In this document: positions 22,320 through 34,145 of the stretch, piece by piece
Layout: the number at the start of each line of letters is the position of its first letter
How positions within the stretch are numbered: position 1 is the first letter of the stretch
NCBI GenBank assembly: GCA_964035545.1
Contig: OZ037765.1
Location: 3,854,698 to 3,918,697 of the forward strand
Source: Bugula neritina
Lineage: Eukaryota; Animalia; Bryozoa
Length of the DNA: 64,000 bases
Direction: 5' to 3'
The notes under the pieces: generated by a model
What the model saw: only the letters and a program-made list of their open reading frames with translations
Database searches by the model: none
What the model was told of the DNA's origin: nothing
Program-made: the position numbers and the translations under genes

Positions 22320-25300
22320 ATGGAGAACATAAAAATAAAACTTTTGATTTTTGTCTTTTTAATTATAATATTGAAACAGCAAAGTATTGCAGCAATGACT
22401 AAAGGTAAGGTAAACGGTAATTTTTCTTATCTTTTGTACAGTTGTTTAATTTAGATGATAAATGTACACATGTGTAAAATTAGAACTAACACTTTTACAT
22501 TGCTGAGAATATTTCAGTGTTCTTACTATTGCAGTCTACCGTTTGATTTGGATAAATTAACTGTCTTGCTGGAAAGTCAGCACGGCATGTTGTTGTGAAT
22601 ATGTTTGTCAACTATACTCACCTAAGTTTATAGTCAATACCTCTGAAAGAGAGAGGGAGAGAGTTTTAATAGGGCTAAAAACTTTCTGGTGTGGCACCAG
22701 AGCCCTTTCTACATCACCGCTAGTGACTGGGCTCAAACCACTGACTGCTTGTCTACCAAGCCAGTGTTCTAATCACTGCACCACGGTGGTTGCTCCTTTT
22801 GTAGCTTTTTCTAATAATGAACAGATATTTTTTCTGTAGAAAACAGCACAGCAGCTGCACTAAACCATATAGACGAGAAAGATCTGATAAAATATTTATT
22901 TCAAGGCTATGACAACAGAGTTAGACCAGTTCTAGATTCTTCTACAGTTGTTAATGTGACGCTAAGTATTACCCCCATTCACATCGCAAATGTGGTGCGT
23001 AAAGCTAAATACATAATCCTTTTATATGCAACTTTACAACACTTTGTACATCTTTCATACATGTTGTTTAAAAAGATTGTACTGTAAGCCCTGCAAGTAT
23101 AGTCTAATTGTATACCCTTTTACTTTTTGCTAAATTGTTTGATCATTGTGTTTATATATAAACATTATAATAGTATTATAATATAATTGATAATATAATA
23201 TAATATAATATAATAAAAAAACATTTTATATTTTCTTTATTTCTTAAGATTATAGGTTTTGTATTGTCTTTTAGGATGAGGTAAACCAGCTGTTCACAGT
23301 TCGGGTTTGGCTTTTTGAGGTGAGAATCTAAAAACTTAGAAATTGGAGTTTTCTCCCGTTTTATAGGTTACAAACAATTTTCCGATAATACATTGTCACG
23401 TAATTAAAATACAGTATTTATAGCCAATATTAATTGCTATTATATATAAATTAAATTATACTTTTTCATGTGTTGTTTTATTTAAAATTTTATGGGAAAA
23501 AGTCTTTCAATTATTATATCGTTAAATTAATTAATGTAAAAATAAGTTTAACTTATTTTCTCACACTGTATATAATCTTATTTCAACAATAGACTTTGAG
23601 TTGTATAGTCACAAAATTTTTTTACTAATATAGTCTATTTCATACTTTATAAAGATCTACAAAATATTTATTTACATAACATTTCCTTCAATTGACAGGA
23701 GTGGGTAGATGAGAGACTCAGGTGGGACCCAGGGATGTACAATGGCATGGAGAACTTCAGAATACCACTAGATCTTATCTGGATACCAGACATCACACTA
23801 TATAACAAGTTAGTTATAACTTTTTAGCCCATCAACTGTGATCATTCTTTAGGTTGCAGATATTATATAATCAAGAGTCAAAGTTTTTTAAATAATTAAA
23901 GCTAATATTTATAAATAAGCTAGCTAAAAGAATTTTCGCACTTTTCACTTTCAGATGCATAAAATAAAAAGAAATTTTTAAATACTTTTATTTTGTTTTC
24001 AGCACTCATGAGGAACAGAAAAAAAAGCTATTAAACGTTTTAGTCACTTCATCGGGAAAACTAACGATGGTTGAATCGACGGAGCAAACAGTCTTCTGTA
24101 AAATTAACGTCAAATATTTTCCATTTGATGTGCAGCACTGTCTGCTGTCATATGCCTCTTGGTTCTACGACACCACTCTCTTAAGGCTGTACAAGACACC
24201 AGGCATTAAATATGAAAACTTTTATGTAGACAATGGAGAATGGGACCTCGTCAGCATTGAAGCAGAAGAGTGAGTTTTTAGTTTCAATAGATACATCTAA
24301 AGAAAAGTGCTAGCGGACAACTAGGGAGCAGGCGTGGTCTAGGGGTTAAAGCGTTTGGCTTAGTAAACATAAAGTCATGGGTTGAAACCCGGACAAATTG
24401 GCCATTGGTGTTGTTAAGAAGAGTATATAGTCATAACTGCTCCTGCACCCATCTGAATAAGTTCTTAACCCAATTCAACAAATAAAAAACCTGTCCATCA
24501 GCGGTTTCACACAGGGATGGTGAATATAAACTTGTAGGAGTGTTTTATTACAGACAACTCTGTAGTAAAAGAGCTAAGTTTTACATTAGCATTTTTCTAT
24601 TCGTATACTACATAAAATCTTGTTTTCTTGATATTTATATTAATATATTAAGTAAGTATGTTTAAACAGAACAGTCTGATATTTTGGTAGAACCTTTGAT
24701 GAATATGCTGGTGACAACAACACTACAAGAAGATATACTCATGTAAACTACAGTTTTGTTATTAAGAGGAAGGTGCTGTACCACATGATCAACATCGTGT
24801 TTCCTTGCATCTGGTTGTCTCTGTTGAGTGTGATGACCTTCTGGTTACCTCCAGACAGTGGTGAAAAAGTCTCTCTTGGAATGACAGTTGTAGTGGCTCT
24901 GTCTGTGTTTAAACTACTTATTGCAGATAGCTTACCCAAGACATCCGACTCCGTTCCACTGATAGGTATGTTTCATGTATCATTCAAACAGTTTGTTATT
25001 TAAAATAAGTCTTAAATCATCAAATAACTTTTTACTACTATTCTGTTTAATTTATTAAAACCCACGCAAGTTTATAGTCACCATCCCTGTGAGAAAAATC
25101 GTGATAGAAAGGGATTTTGTTAAAGCGGGCTAAGGACTTATTCAGGCGCAATTATGACTAGATGCTCCTCCTAACATCACCAATGGCGTTTGTTGGGTTC
25201 GAACTCATGACTCCGTGTTTACTATAGGCGAAAGTTTTAACCTCTAGAATATGGCTGCATTATATTTAAGTTAATAATTATCATTTATTCATTTGTTTGT

Positions 25301-25913
25301 TTACTATTGTTATATTAAATTAATAAATAATTATTAGATGATATAAATATTTTCCACTGAAAGCGAAAATTATTTGCCATTTTGTTTTGTAGGAACGTAT
25401 GTATCTGTAATATTATCTCTCACATCAATGATCATAGTTCAGACGGTATTTATAAACAGACTGTGCTATGTCTGTTCCTCTACTCGAAGAATGCCTCCCT
25501 GGCTTCGTAAATTTGCTTTTGACTATCTTGGCTATTTTTTCTGTGTCAAAGAGTGCAAGAGTTTAGCAGTAAGTAAAGTCATTGACTTTCAAGAAATCCT
25601 TAAAGCAGACAGGTTTTCTTCATCACCATCTCTGGACAAACTTAAAAACAATTACAATGATGACCAGAAGATGCTGGCAAAAGTAGTGGGAGACAAAGCA
25701 ATAAAGAGACTGGAGACGGCTGTATACAACATACTTGGCTACAAAATCGGCAAAGACAAGGAAAAGGCAGAGAGAGTTTTGATTAGCAAAGAGTGGACGC
25801 TCTTCTCTCTAATTCTAGACAGAGTGTCCTTTTGCATTTATTTATTGGTTACAGTTGCTTCCACAATAACCATCTTGTTACTCATGTCAGCTGAAACAGG
25901 AAATGAGGAATAA
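22320..25913 (+). CDS. nAChR-like non-alpha subunit C (divergent loops C and E, pore V9'/K15')
   Basis: Exons 22320-22404 (signal MENIKIKLLIFVFLIIILKQQSIAA), 22840-22994, 23275-23319, 23699-23808, 24003-24269 ([21 protein letters not shown]), 24691-24965 (loop C DEYAGDNNTTRRY; M2 [23 protein letters not shown]), 25393-25913. Confidence 0.94.
22624..22796 (-). mobile_element. tRNA-derived SINE, diverged copy (intron 1 of gene C)
   Basis: Reverse complement shows a ggagcaaccaccgtggtgcagtgattag head, a B-box-like gtttgagccc and the gactataaactt tail shared with the copies at 24324 and 25061. Confidence 0.6.
24324..24538 (+). mobile_element. tRNA-derived SINE (intron 5 of gene C)
   Basis: A-box-like TGGTCTAGGGG, B-box-like GGTTGAAACCC, body ccattggtg.tgtta.ga...agtcataa, tail cacagggatggtga.tataaacttg. 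Confidence 0.75.
25061..25258 (-). mobile_element. tRNA-derived SINE (intron 6 of gene C), inverted relative to the 24324 copy
   Basis: Reverse complement contains B-box GTTCGAACCC, gccattggtgatgttagg and cacagggatggtgactataaacttg, co-linear with 24324-24538. Confidence 0.78.
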
Positions 25914-27310
25914 CTTTGGGCAGCAGCTTTAAACTAGTAGAGCTAAGAAATATGTAACATGATATTAGGCTATAAATACAGCTTTAGTACAAACCTCTTA
26001 TTTTAGATTTTATACCGAACTGTCTACATTATAAAGCTTGCCTTAAAAGCTGCAGCTGTTGCAGTGCTTTTTTTAAATAAATTGGTGAGATGTTCTTTAG
26101 TTTATTTGTGTGATTTTTATGAGTCAACCTAAATTTTCATGGTCTCAATTTACCCTTAATGCTAATTTTAGTAAAACTACTATTATATATGTACTTACAC
26201 TGCTAGCGTAATATATATTATAACCTACTCATGCAGTTAATTTCTGAGAAGATGGCATTTGCGTAAAACTGTGGGACCCAAGAGAAATTCAGACTACCAG
26301 TTATCTTGGCAATTCTTACGATTCCCATGATAGTTTTATTATATTTAAAGTTTATCCCATCTGCATAGTAAGAGACAGATATAAAAATAATTAAATTCTG
26401 GATAAAATCAATAAAAAGACAAACATAGTTGTATAGTTGTTGATATTGAAGTTTTTAAAAAGTCTATTCTAAAATCAATCAAAAATGCAGAAATACCCTT
26501 GATAAAACTAGTTATTCTAATTATTTAAAAGTAGTTTTTAAAATAAAATAAAAATACAAAGGAAATACAGTTGCATGTAGCACTAAATTCAGTGCAAACT
26601 ACTTGGTTAACTTCTTTTTTATTTTTGCTAATTACAAATGAGGATTTAAACAGCTGTGATAAAAATTATTTAGGTAATGACATCAAATTTCATCAGAGTC
26701 AGTAATGTCAGGAAGAGCATTCAATTATAATTATCCCGCATGCAGTGACAAAATATTAAATTTTTTAGAGAGGTGGAACTTTAAATAATAATTATGTAAT
26801 ACAAGAATAAAGCCTTGCAGTCCAGTGCCTATAATATAGTAGAGAAAGTATAATTTTTGTAGCATTAGAATTCTGCTCACTGTTACTGTAACAAAGCAAC
26901 TTTCTATTTCCATTCATTGACTGCCTCAAAGCTAAGTTTAGATCAGTTTCAAATGTTAATCAATCGTGTAGTAGTTTTATATAATAGTAGACAGCTTTTT
27001 TCAATTATTGTGATTATAATTATTTGTTTTTCATCTTAAGTTGTTAAGCTTATGTAATGTGTTGCTCTTTGCTGCTTTTATTTAATTCTAATCAATAAAT
27101 TCTGATCAACCATCTCCATTGATATTCTTACATCTCACAAGAAAAACTTCACAGGAAGAAGCTTTTACATGAGTCATAATATTCACATATAAATTATACA
27201 AATAATGTTGCAACAATTTTCAATAAGACTTGTGATTTTCTTTGAAGTTATGCGTTGAGTCATGGTAAAGTTTAAAAGTTTCACAATATGTACTATTATA
27301 AAACTCACGA

Positions 27311-27400
27311 AAGTTTATAGTCACTATAATCCCTGTCAGAAACCCTATAAATAGAAAGGGTCTTTTCCAAAGCAGGCTAAGAACTTCTTTCTGGTGTGGT
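27311..27400 (-). mobile_element. 3' fragment of the same SINE family
   Basis: aagtttatagtcac..atccctgt...atagaaaggg...aaagc.ggctaag.actt matches 25068-25140. Confidence 0.6.
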
Positions 27401-29087
27401 AACATTTATACTATTATACTATCACTAAAGTTATTTTATATTGGCTGTTTGAAGCCCAATTTTCTTATAAGCAATTCTACATGCATCTGACTGCTTCATT
27501 CACTCAGTTGTTTAAATTCACCCATAGTGCAAATTTACTGTCAATAAATTCAAATATCTAAGCTAAATACTTATAACACTTATTAACATTTGAGGGCAGT
27601 TGGAAGCAACATTCTTTTTATTAAAAGCGAACTGGTCAAAAAATTTCTGACGTTCATGAATTAAATAGAATACTGTTTTAGAAAACCTTTTTATTTACGC
27701 AGTAATAAAACATTCATTTACGTTTCAGATACCATCTACAGGCTGCTTGAGGGTTGTGCGCTCAAACAGTTTTGTTTTATTTTAAATGTTGCATGTGCTC
27801 ATATGCTAATGTATTACAAGACATATTGTAAACATTACTGACTTTCATTGCAAGCTATTAGTGGCTGCTGCCACACACAGCTTGTTTATGCTTTTTCTGC
27901 AGAATGGCAATCATTTATTTATGCATTACTATATGATGCTCATCTGTACATTATTAATTTTACGTTTAAACTCAGGAGAAGAAAAATGAACTGATATAAT
28001 AAAAATACCAATAGTTTGTTCTGGAAAGACTAGATGTGTTAATTGGTCATAGTATATATAAAAGCTTCAGTAAAGAGTAATTGTTTATTGTTTTTGTTTA
28101 TTGTTGTTTTTGAATAATTGCTCTCACTGAGCCCTTGTAATGTCAAACACCTACTGTTTTTCAATCTTAGTACGAAATAACATAAAATGAGGAAACTTTA
28201 ATTAATAATGTATTCTATAATGTGCTGATAGCATTATTATAATTTCTCATTATACTGTCAAGTTACACATAACTGTGCTAGAATATTATTCTGGCTATGT
28301 GATTGTATACGGCTGGCAAATGCCCAAGTGTACTGAATTGAGACTATATTGAAGCACACTGGGGTATTTAATCTGCAATTATAATGTGGTTACACTTCAA
28401 TATACAATCACATAGCTAGACTATGTAAGTACACAGCTTGCTGCTATTCCAAGAATTTATAAAACATAAATGATTCCCACCTTTTCGCAAGCAACGTAAA
28501 CAACTGTTTTTTCGAAATTCTCATAAAGCATAAATAATCGTTCTTAGAAAACTAGAGATGCATTAGGTTTTTTAGACAGAAGACTGTAAACTTGATTTTA
28601 ATTTTAAAATTAGCTTTTCTTCTGAACTATTGTAAACTTGTAGAAATTAATTATGCAATAAAATAATTATAGTGCATTTTGTACCTCTATTGCCCAAAAA
28701 GGATTAAAAAGTGAATTGATCTAAACATATAGTTTTACTTACAGACATATTTCATGAGATAGTTACTTGAGCTATATAATAGTAATAATAAAATAGCTAA
28801 GAGAAAGTACTATGTTATATACCTACTAAATATAGAAGAAGGATTACAATGGCCTAATAACGGGTAGAACATATGGTTTTACATCGATAGAAAGAATAAG
28901 ACATTTTGAACGCCTCCACTTCTATGAGAACCAATGCTGGTAAGGGTTTTAAAAGGGGGTCAAGGGAAGAGTGTACCCTTCAGGGTGCTGAAAACATTGT
29001 TTGAGATGCAATGACTATCCCTTTAATGTCTTCATGTCAACAATAAATTAAAATGCTTTTTATTTATTAACACTTCCGGCAAGCAAA

Positions 29088-29216
29088 ACAGCAAACATCG
29101 TTAGAAGCAGCACAAATTCTTTTGAAATCGCTTAGTGCAGTGTTTGTATATGTATATATAGAAACACTGCACTAAGCGACTTCAAAATTTGTGCTGCTTC
29201 TAACGATTTTTGCTGT
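29088..29216. repeat. Near-perfect ~55-bp-arm inverted repeat (hairpin, probable small MITE family)
   Basis: acagcaaacatcgttagaagcagcacaaatt...gcttagtgcagtgttt pairs with aaacactgcactaagcg...aatttgtgctgcttctaacgatttttgctgt. Confidence 0.9.
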
Positions 29217-29632
29217 AATAATGTATACATTTTTTTTTGTACGCAAAATTCTCAATCTCTGCACTCAGTGACCCCCAACTTTGTGCTGTATCAAAGGGTT
29301 TCATAAAATAAGGTAGCTTTTTTGATACAGTATACATTGGCTTTCCAGGTTGAACAAATGAACTTTTAACGTGACTTCTTAAAAAGCTCAGTCTCTGATG
29401 TCACGTGATGCATATAATTCACAGTCCTATATAATACCCTTCCTTATGCATCATTCTCCATTATAGCTGTAATTTATTCAGTATATTGGTTAGAGACGCA
29501 CAAGAGCAACTTAAGTATAGATACAGAAAACTTATCCACACTCATTATTCACACTGAAGCAATACTAGCTAGCTGACAGCTTAGCAATCTTGTATTTGGT
29601 TTGATAGTTTGAAGTTGCACTTACCTTGCAAA

Positions 29633-32600
29633 ATGTTGATGGATTTTGTTAAATTTCATGCTTTTCTTTTAATTTCAACATTTTCTTCTGTATTCTCTTC
29701 ACAGCTTACAGCAAACCTAAGTATGGGTAAGTTAAATAGCGACTAAACTATAGAATTTAGTAGCATAATTATTACTTTTAATTTTGCCAAAAGCTTGTAA
29801 AGTTTTGTACCACACAGAGTTATTGTTTACTATTATTTATTGATTGTTTGTTTGTAGATGAGCACAAGGTAAACAACACAGGTAAAACAAACTATGTCGA
29901 TGAAAAAGACTTAGTTCGATTCTTGCTAAAGGAATATGATACCAGAGTGAGACCGGTCTTAGATTCTTCCAGTGTCGTGAAGGTGACGCTAGGCATGACA
30001 CCAATATACCTTTCAGATGTGGTGAGTAGAGACCCAGGCTAACTGTGGGCAGACAACTTCATGTGGTCACACATTTACAAAGCTTCTTGTGCATACTCTG
30101 TCTATGATACATAAATTGCCTCAACGAATAATCTCAGTTATAAATCATTTTAATTAATGCTATTGTATTTTTTAATTATACAGCAATTTGTTATATTATT
30201 TTAAAATTGAACCATTAAAAATGTTTGTGTGAACACATTTCTACCATGTAGTTTTTTTCTGAAGCTGCATTTAATTTAGTAAATTAACGACACAATATTC
30301 CACAGTTCATGTTCATCTGTTTTATACTTTAGGATGAAGTTAATGAAGTGTTTACAGTTCGAGTTTGGCTTCACCAGGTGAGTTTAAATTGTATCATATT
30401 AGTTATAGAATGTAAAAAATACAACACTTTGTATATAAGACAGAACATATGTTACAGTCACTACATCTGTGGATCCAATATCACATTTTATTTGATTTAA
30501 TATAAAATAATGTACTAGCGTTTTTTCCTTTGCATTATGCAAGAAAAGTTTATAATAAGTTTCTAATAATATTTTTATATTTCACTACATAGATTTAGTT
30601 ATTTTTCATGAAACCTAAATATAGTGCATTTACTGCATTTATGAATTAAAAAAAGTTTTACTGCTCATATTTGTTTCCCTGAAGCTGACAAGCCTGTGTT
30701 TCTAGGAATGGAATGATGAAAGACTAAGATGGAACCCAGCCATTTTCAACAATTTGACCTCTATAAGACTTCCAGTGTCACTGATATGGGTGCCAGACAT
30801 ATTTCTATACAACAGGTAATTAAAGACTGATTGCCTGTTGAAGTTTTATAAATTTTCCACCTTTCTGATACATAAATATTCAGACAACAAGCAAACAATT
30901 TTAAACCTTGGTCTATTTTAGTAACTTTATAACTTTCTTATTTAGCACACACCAGGAGCACTTTTCGAAGCTATTAAATGTAATTGTTACTTCACATGGC
31001 AACATCACGCTGGTTGAATCTACTCAACAGTCTGTATTCTGCAAAATTAACGTGAAATACTTTCCGTTTGACGTTCAGCACTGTGTGCTGTCGTACGCTT
31101 CCTGGATGTATGACATGACTCAACTCACACTACGCAACACATCAGATGTCAAGCAAGGCAGCTTTTACGCAGAAAATGGCGAATGGGATCTTCTCGATCT
31201 CGAAAAAACTGAGTATGTAAACTAAATTGAACTTTTTACTAAAATTTGAGTTTTTATGGTCTATAATTTGGCAGCTAGTTTCTAAACACATTTTAATGCA
31301 ATATTGAGCTTTGTTTTAAGTTTAGTATAACTTAACAGTATCGCACACCCATGTAGGTGTTCAAGACAGAAATTTGTCATTTCTCACAAGTTTCATAGGT
31401 TCAATGAAACAAGCTTAATTATCAAGTTTTGCTCTTCATGCTGTAGTTTACTTATAATTTACTCATGCATCAATGCATTATTGTAGAAACATTCTCAGAT
31501 TGATTAGCTTTCACTTTTACATTTTTGGTCAAATTTTTTTAATTATAGAGTCTTGAATAAGTATAGGCCAAAAATCCTGAACTATTTTGTAATAGTGCCA
31601 AATTTTCTACAGCAAGTTTCATTTATATAAACGGTTTTTTGGTAATCATGTTGCCACACTCAGTGAATATGTTTTATATATTTATACTCATGAGTATATT
31701 TACAGAGCCTTTGATGAATATGCTATTGAAAACAATGGTACACGAAGATATGCTCATGTAAACTACTTATTTGTTATCAAACGAAGACCTCTTTACCACC
31801 TGATCAACATCGTCTTTCCTTGCATTTGGATGTCTTTGTTGAGTGTGATGACCTTCTGGTTACCTCCAGACAGTGGTGAAAAAGTCTCTCTTGGAATAAC
31901 AGTTGTAGTGGCTCTGTCTGTGTTTAAACTTCTTATTGCAGACAGCTTACCCAAGACATCCGACACTGTTCCATTACTTGGTAGGCTACATACTCGTAAC
32001 TCATTGTTGCAAATTTCTTTTTTATATATATAGTAGATTGAATTTATTTATTTACTTATTTATTTATTTCTGGGAATAGTTTATAATTATGCTTGTGCAG
32101 ATGGACTAAACAGTAGAATAGAAGACAATGGCCCAGTAACTGAATAACATGTGTAGCTTACAGCTTTCATGGCACCTCACCATGTTAATATAAAATATAG
32201 ATATAAATCTCCCTTGCTGCCACAACTCATGTACAATAAATAGAACATGCACTTTAAATTACAATAATATGCTATAGTAAGGGTCCCAAAAGTGGGTGTA
32301 AGCATAAACAGCAGGCTAGTTTACTAAATAACTTACAGCTGTTTGTAGTAGCCAAACAAAATTAGTCTTCCTTTCAGTTATCAAGAAAGTTGCCAACTTG
32401 GACAAATCTTTTTGCATAAAGTTCTATATCTGCTCAACTAGAATAATACATTATCAGAACAAATACAACACAAATAAGGTTTTTTTGCATTAACAAGTTT
32501 GCTACTATATCTACTATATAATATTTGCTTTTTCACTCTTTGCAGGTACATATGTTTCTGTGAACCTTTCTCTCACTTCGATGATAGTAATTCAGACGGT

Positions 32601-33060
32601 GTTTATAAACAGATTCTGCTATGTCTGTTCCTCTACTCAACGCATGCCTCCCTGGCTTCGAAAATTCGCTTTTGACTATCTTGGTCGCTTCTTCCGTGTG
32701 AAGGAGACGGGCCGAGCTGTAAGCAGTGACGAGTCCCAAGAGTTCACCAAACTGATTAACGATGCTGATTCTTCAGGTTTTGAAAAAGTTGAGAGCAACT
32801 ACCAAGGTGACCGAGAGATGGTGGAGCACACAGATGGATCAATAGCAATATGGCGGTTAGAGAGGGCCTTGTACGACACACTGACTTATAAGAAATGTAG
32901 AGACAAAGGAAAAGGAGAGAGGCATCTGATCCAAAGAGAGTGGATCCTGTTCTCACTAATATTGGATAGAGTTTCTTTCTGTGTTTATTTATTAATTACA
33001 TTGCTTACTTCATTAGTAATACTCTTACACATGTCAATATATGCTCATAATCATGACTAG
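29633..33060 (+). CDS. nAChR-like non-alpha subunit D (paralogue of C)
   Basis: Exons 29633-29726, 29858-30021, 30333-30377, 30706-30815, 30946-31212, 31706-31980 (loop [14 protein letters not shown]; M2 [23 protein letters not shown]), 32546-33060. Internal exon sizes match gene C (45/110/267/275). Confidence 0.94.
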
Positions 33061-33802
33061 CTTCTATACGCCATACATGTGTGTTATATTTCCAAAAGTA
33101 TGTTATTGTGCAAACAGGTGTAAAAATGATCAAAACTCGCTAATGATCTACATGCAAATAATTGAAAAACAGCAATTCTTATAATTTATATCATGGCTAT
33201 TGGTTGGGATATTATTCAACTTGGTGTCATATGCATCATCTCAACACATTTTTCTCCGTTTAGCAACTACCTGAGTGACATATATTTAATGCATTACTCA
33301 TTAGATCTTATGCATTTTGGGGCTTTTAATAAATTATTGGAAAAATAAGACAAACAATTATACCATGTTTTGTAAGCCTTTCAGTGAAATTATCGTTTAT
33401 TCCAGGCCTTGAAAGATCATATTGTAGTTTGCTAAATGTAAAACAGCTCAGCTGAATATTGCTTTCCACACTTCTCCATGCATTTCCAAGTGTTATTAAA
33501 CCTATTTTACTATTACTTACTGATCTACAGAAGATAGAAAAAAGTGCATGTGATGAATTTAGTACAAATGAGCATACAAGCGACAAAGTAATGCTATAAG
33601 TTTGCCTCCTATGACCATGTCCATGTTATTCAATTATTGCATAATGCATACAAATGCTATTTAAAATGATGAAAACATAGCAAGATGCCCAAATTGCAAC
33701 TCTTTAAAACACTAGACCTAAAGTTTATTTGAGTGCAAAATTAAAATTAACTTCTAATTGGCAGTGGTAGATAACATAACCAGATGAAAGCAATTGGACT
33801 AA

Positions 33803-34145
33803 GCCTAGGGCCACACGGTGCGTATTTTCGCATGCGAAAATTGAAATCACAAGTAGCAAAGGTGTCCACTGTGCGCGTTGAGAAAACCTTCGCACTTGTC
33901 GCTCTGCATTTTCAATGCAAGTGCGAATCGTCTCTGTCGTCGTCACCTAATTGGCTGGTAGGTATTCAGCGAGCCCAATTTCTTTATTTAGTGCTATATT
34001 CCAGTAAATTGCGTTTTATTGAAAGCGAGTGCGATTTAAAAATGAAAGCTTTATTTACCACGCATCACTGACGCTACAGTGGACACCTTTGCTACTTGTG
34101 ATTTTAATTTTCGCATGCGAAAATACGCACAGTGTGGCCCTAGGC
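33803..34145. mobile_element. MITE copy 1, ~70-bp terminal inverted repeats (probably PIF/Harbinger-like)
   Basis: TIR gcctagggccacacggtgcgtattttcgcatgcgaaaattgaaatcacaagtagcaaaggtgtccactgt; flanks TAA and TTA; a second copy is at 60851-61194. Confidence 0.9.

Noticed and set aside
33725-34071. ORFs of 73 and 95 aa, similar to the 71-aa ORF at 60841
   Set aside because: They lie within the two MITE copies, show no transposase motifs, and their frames differ between copies.
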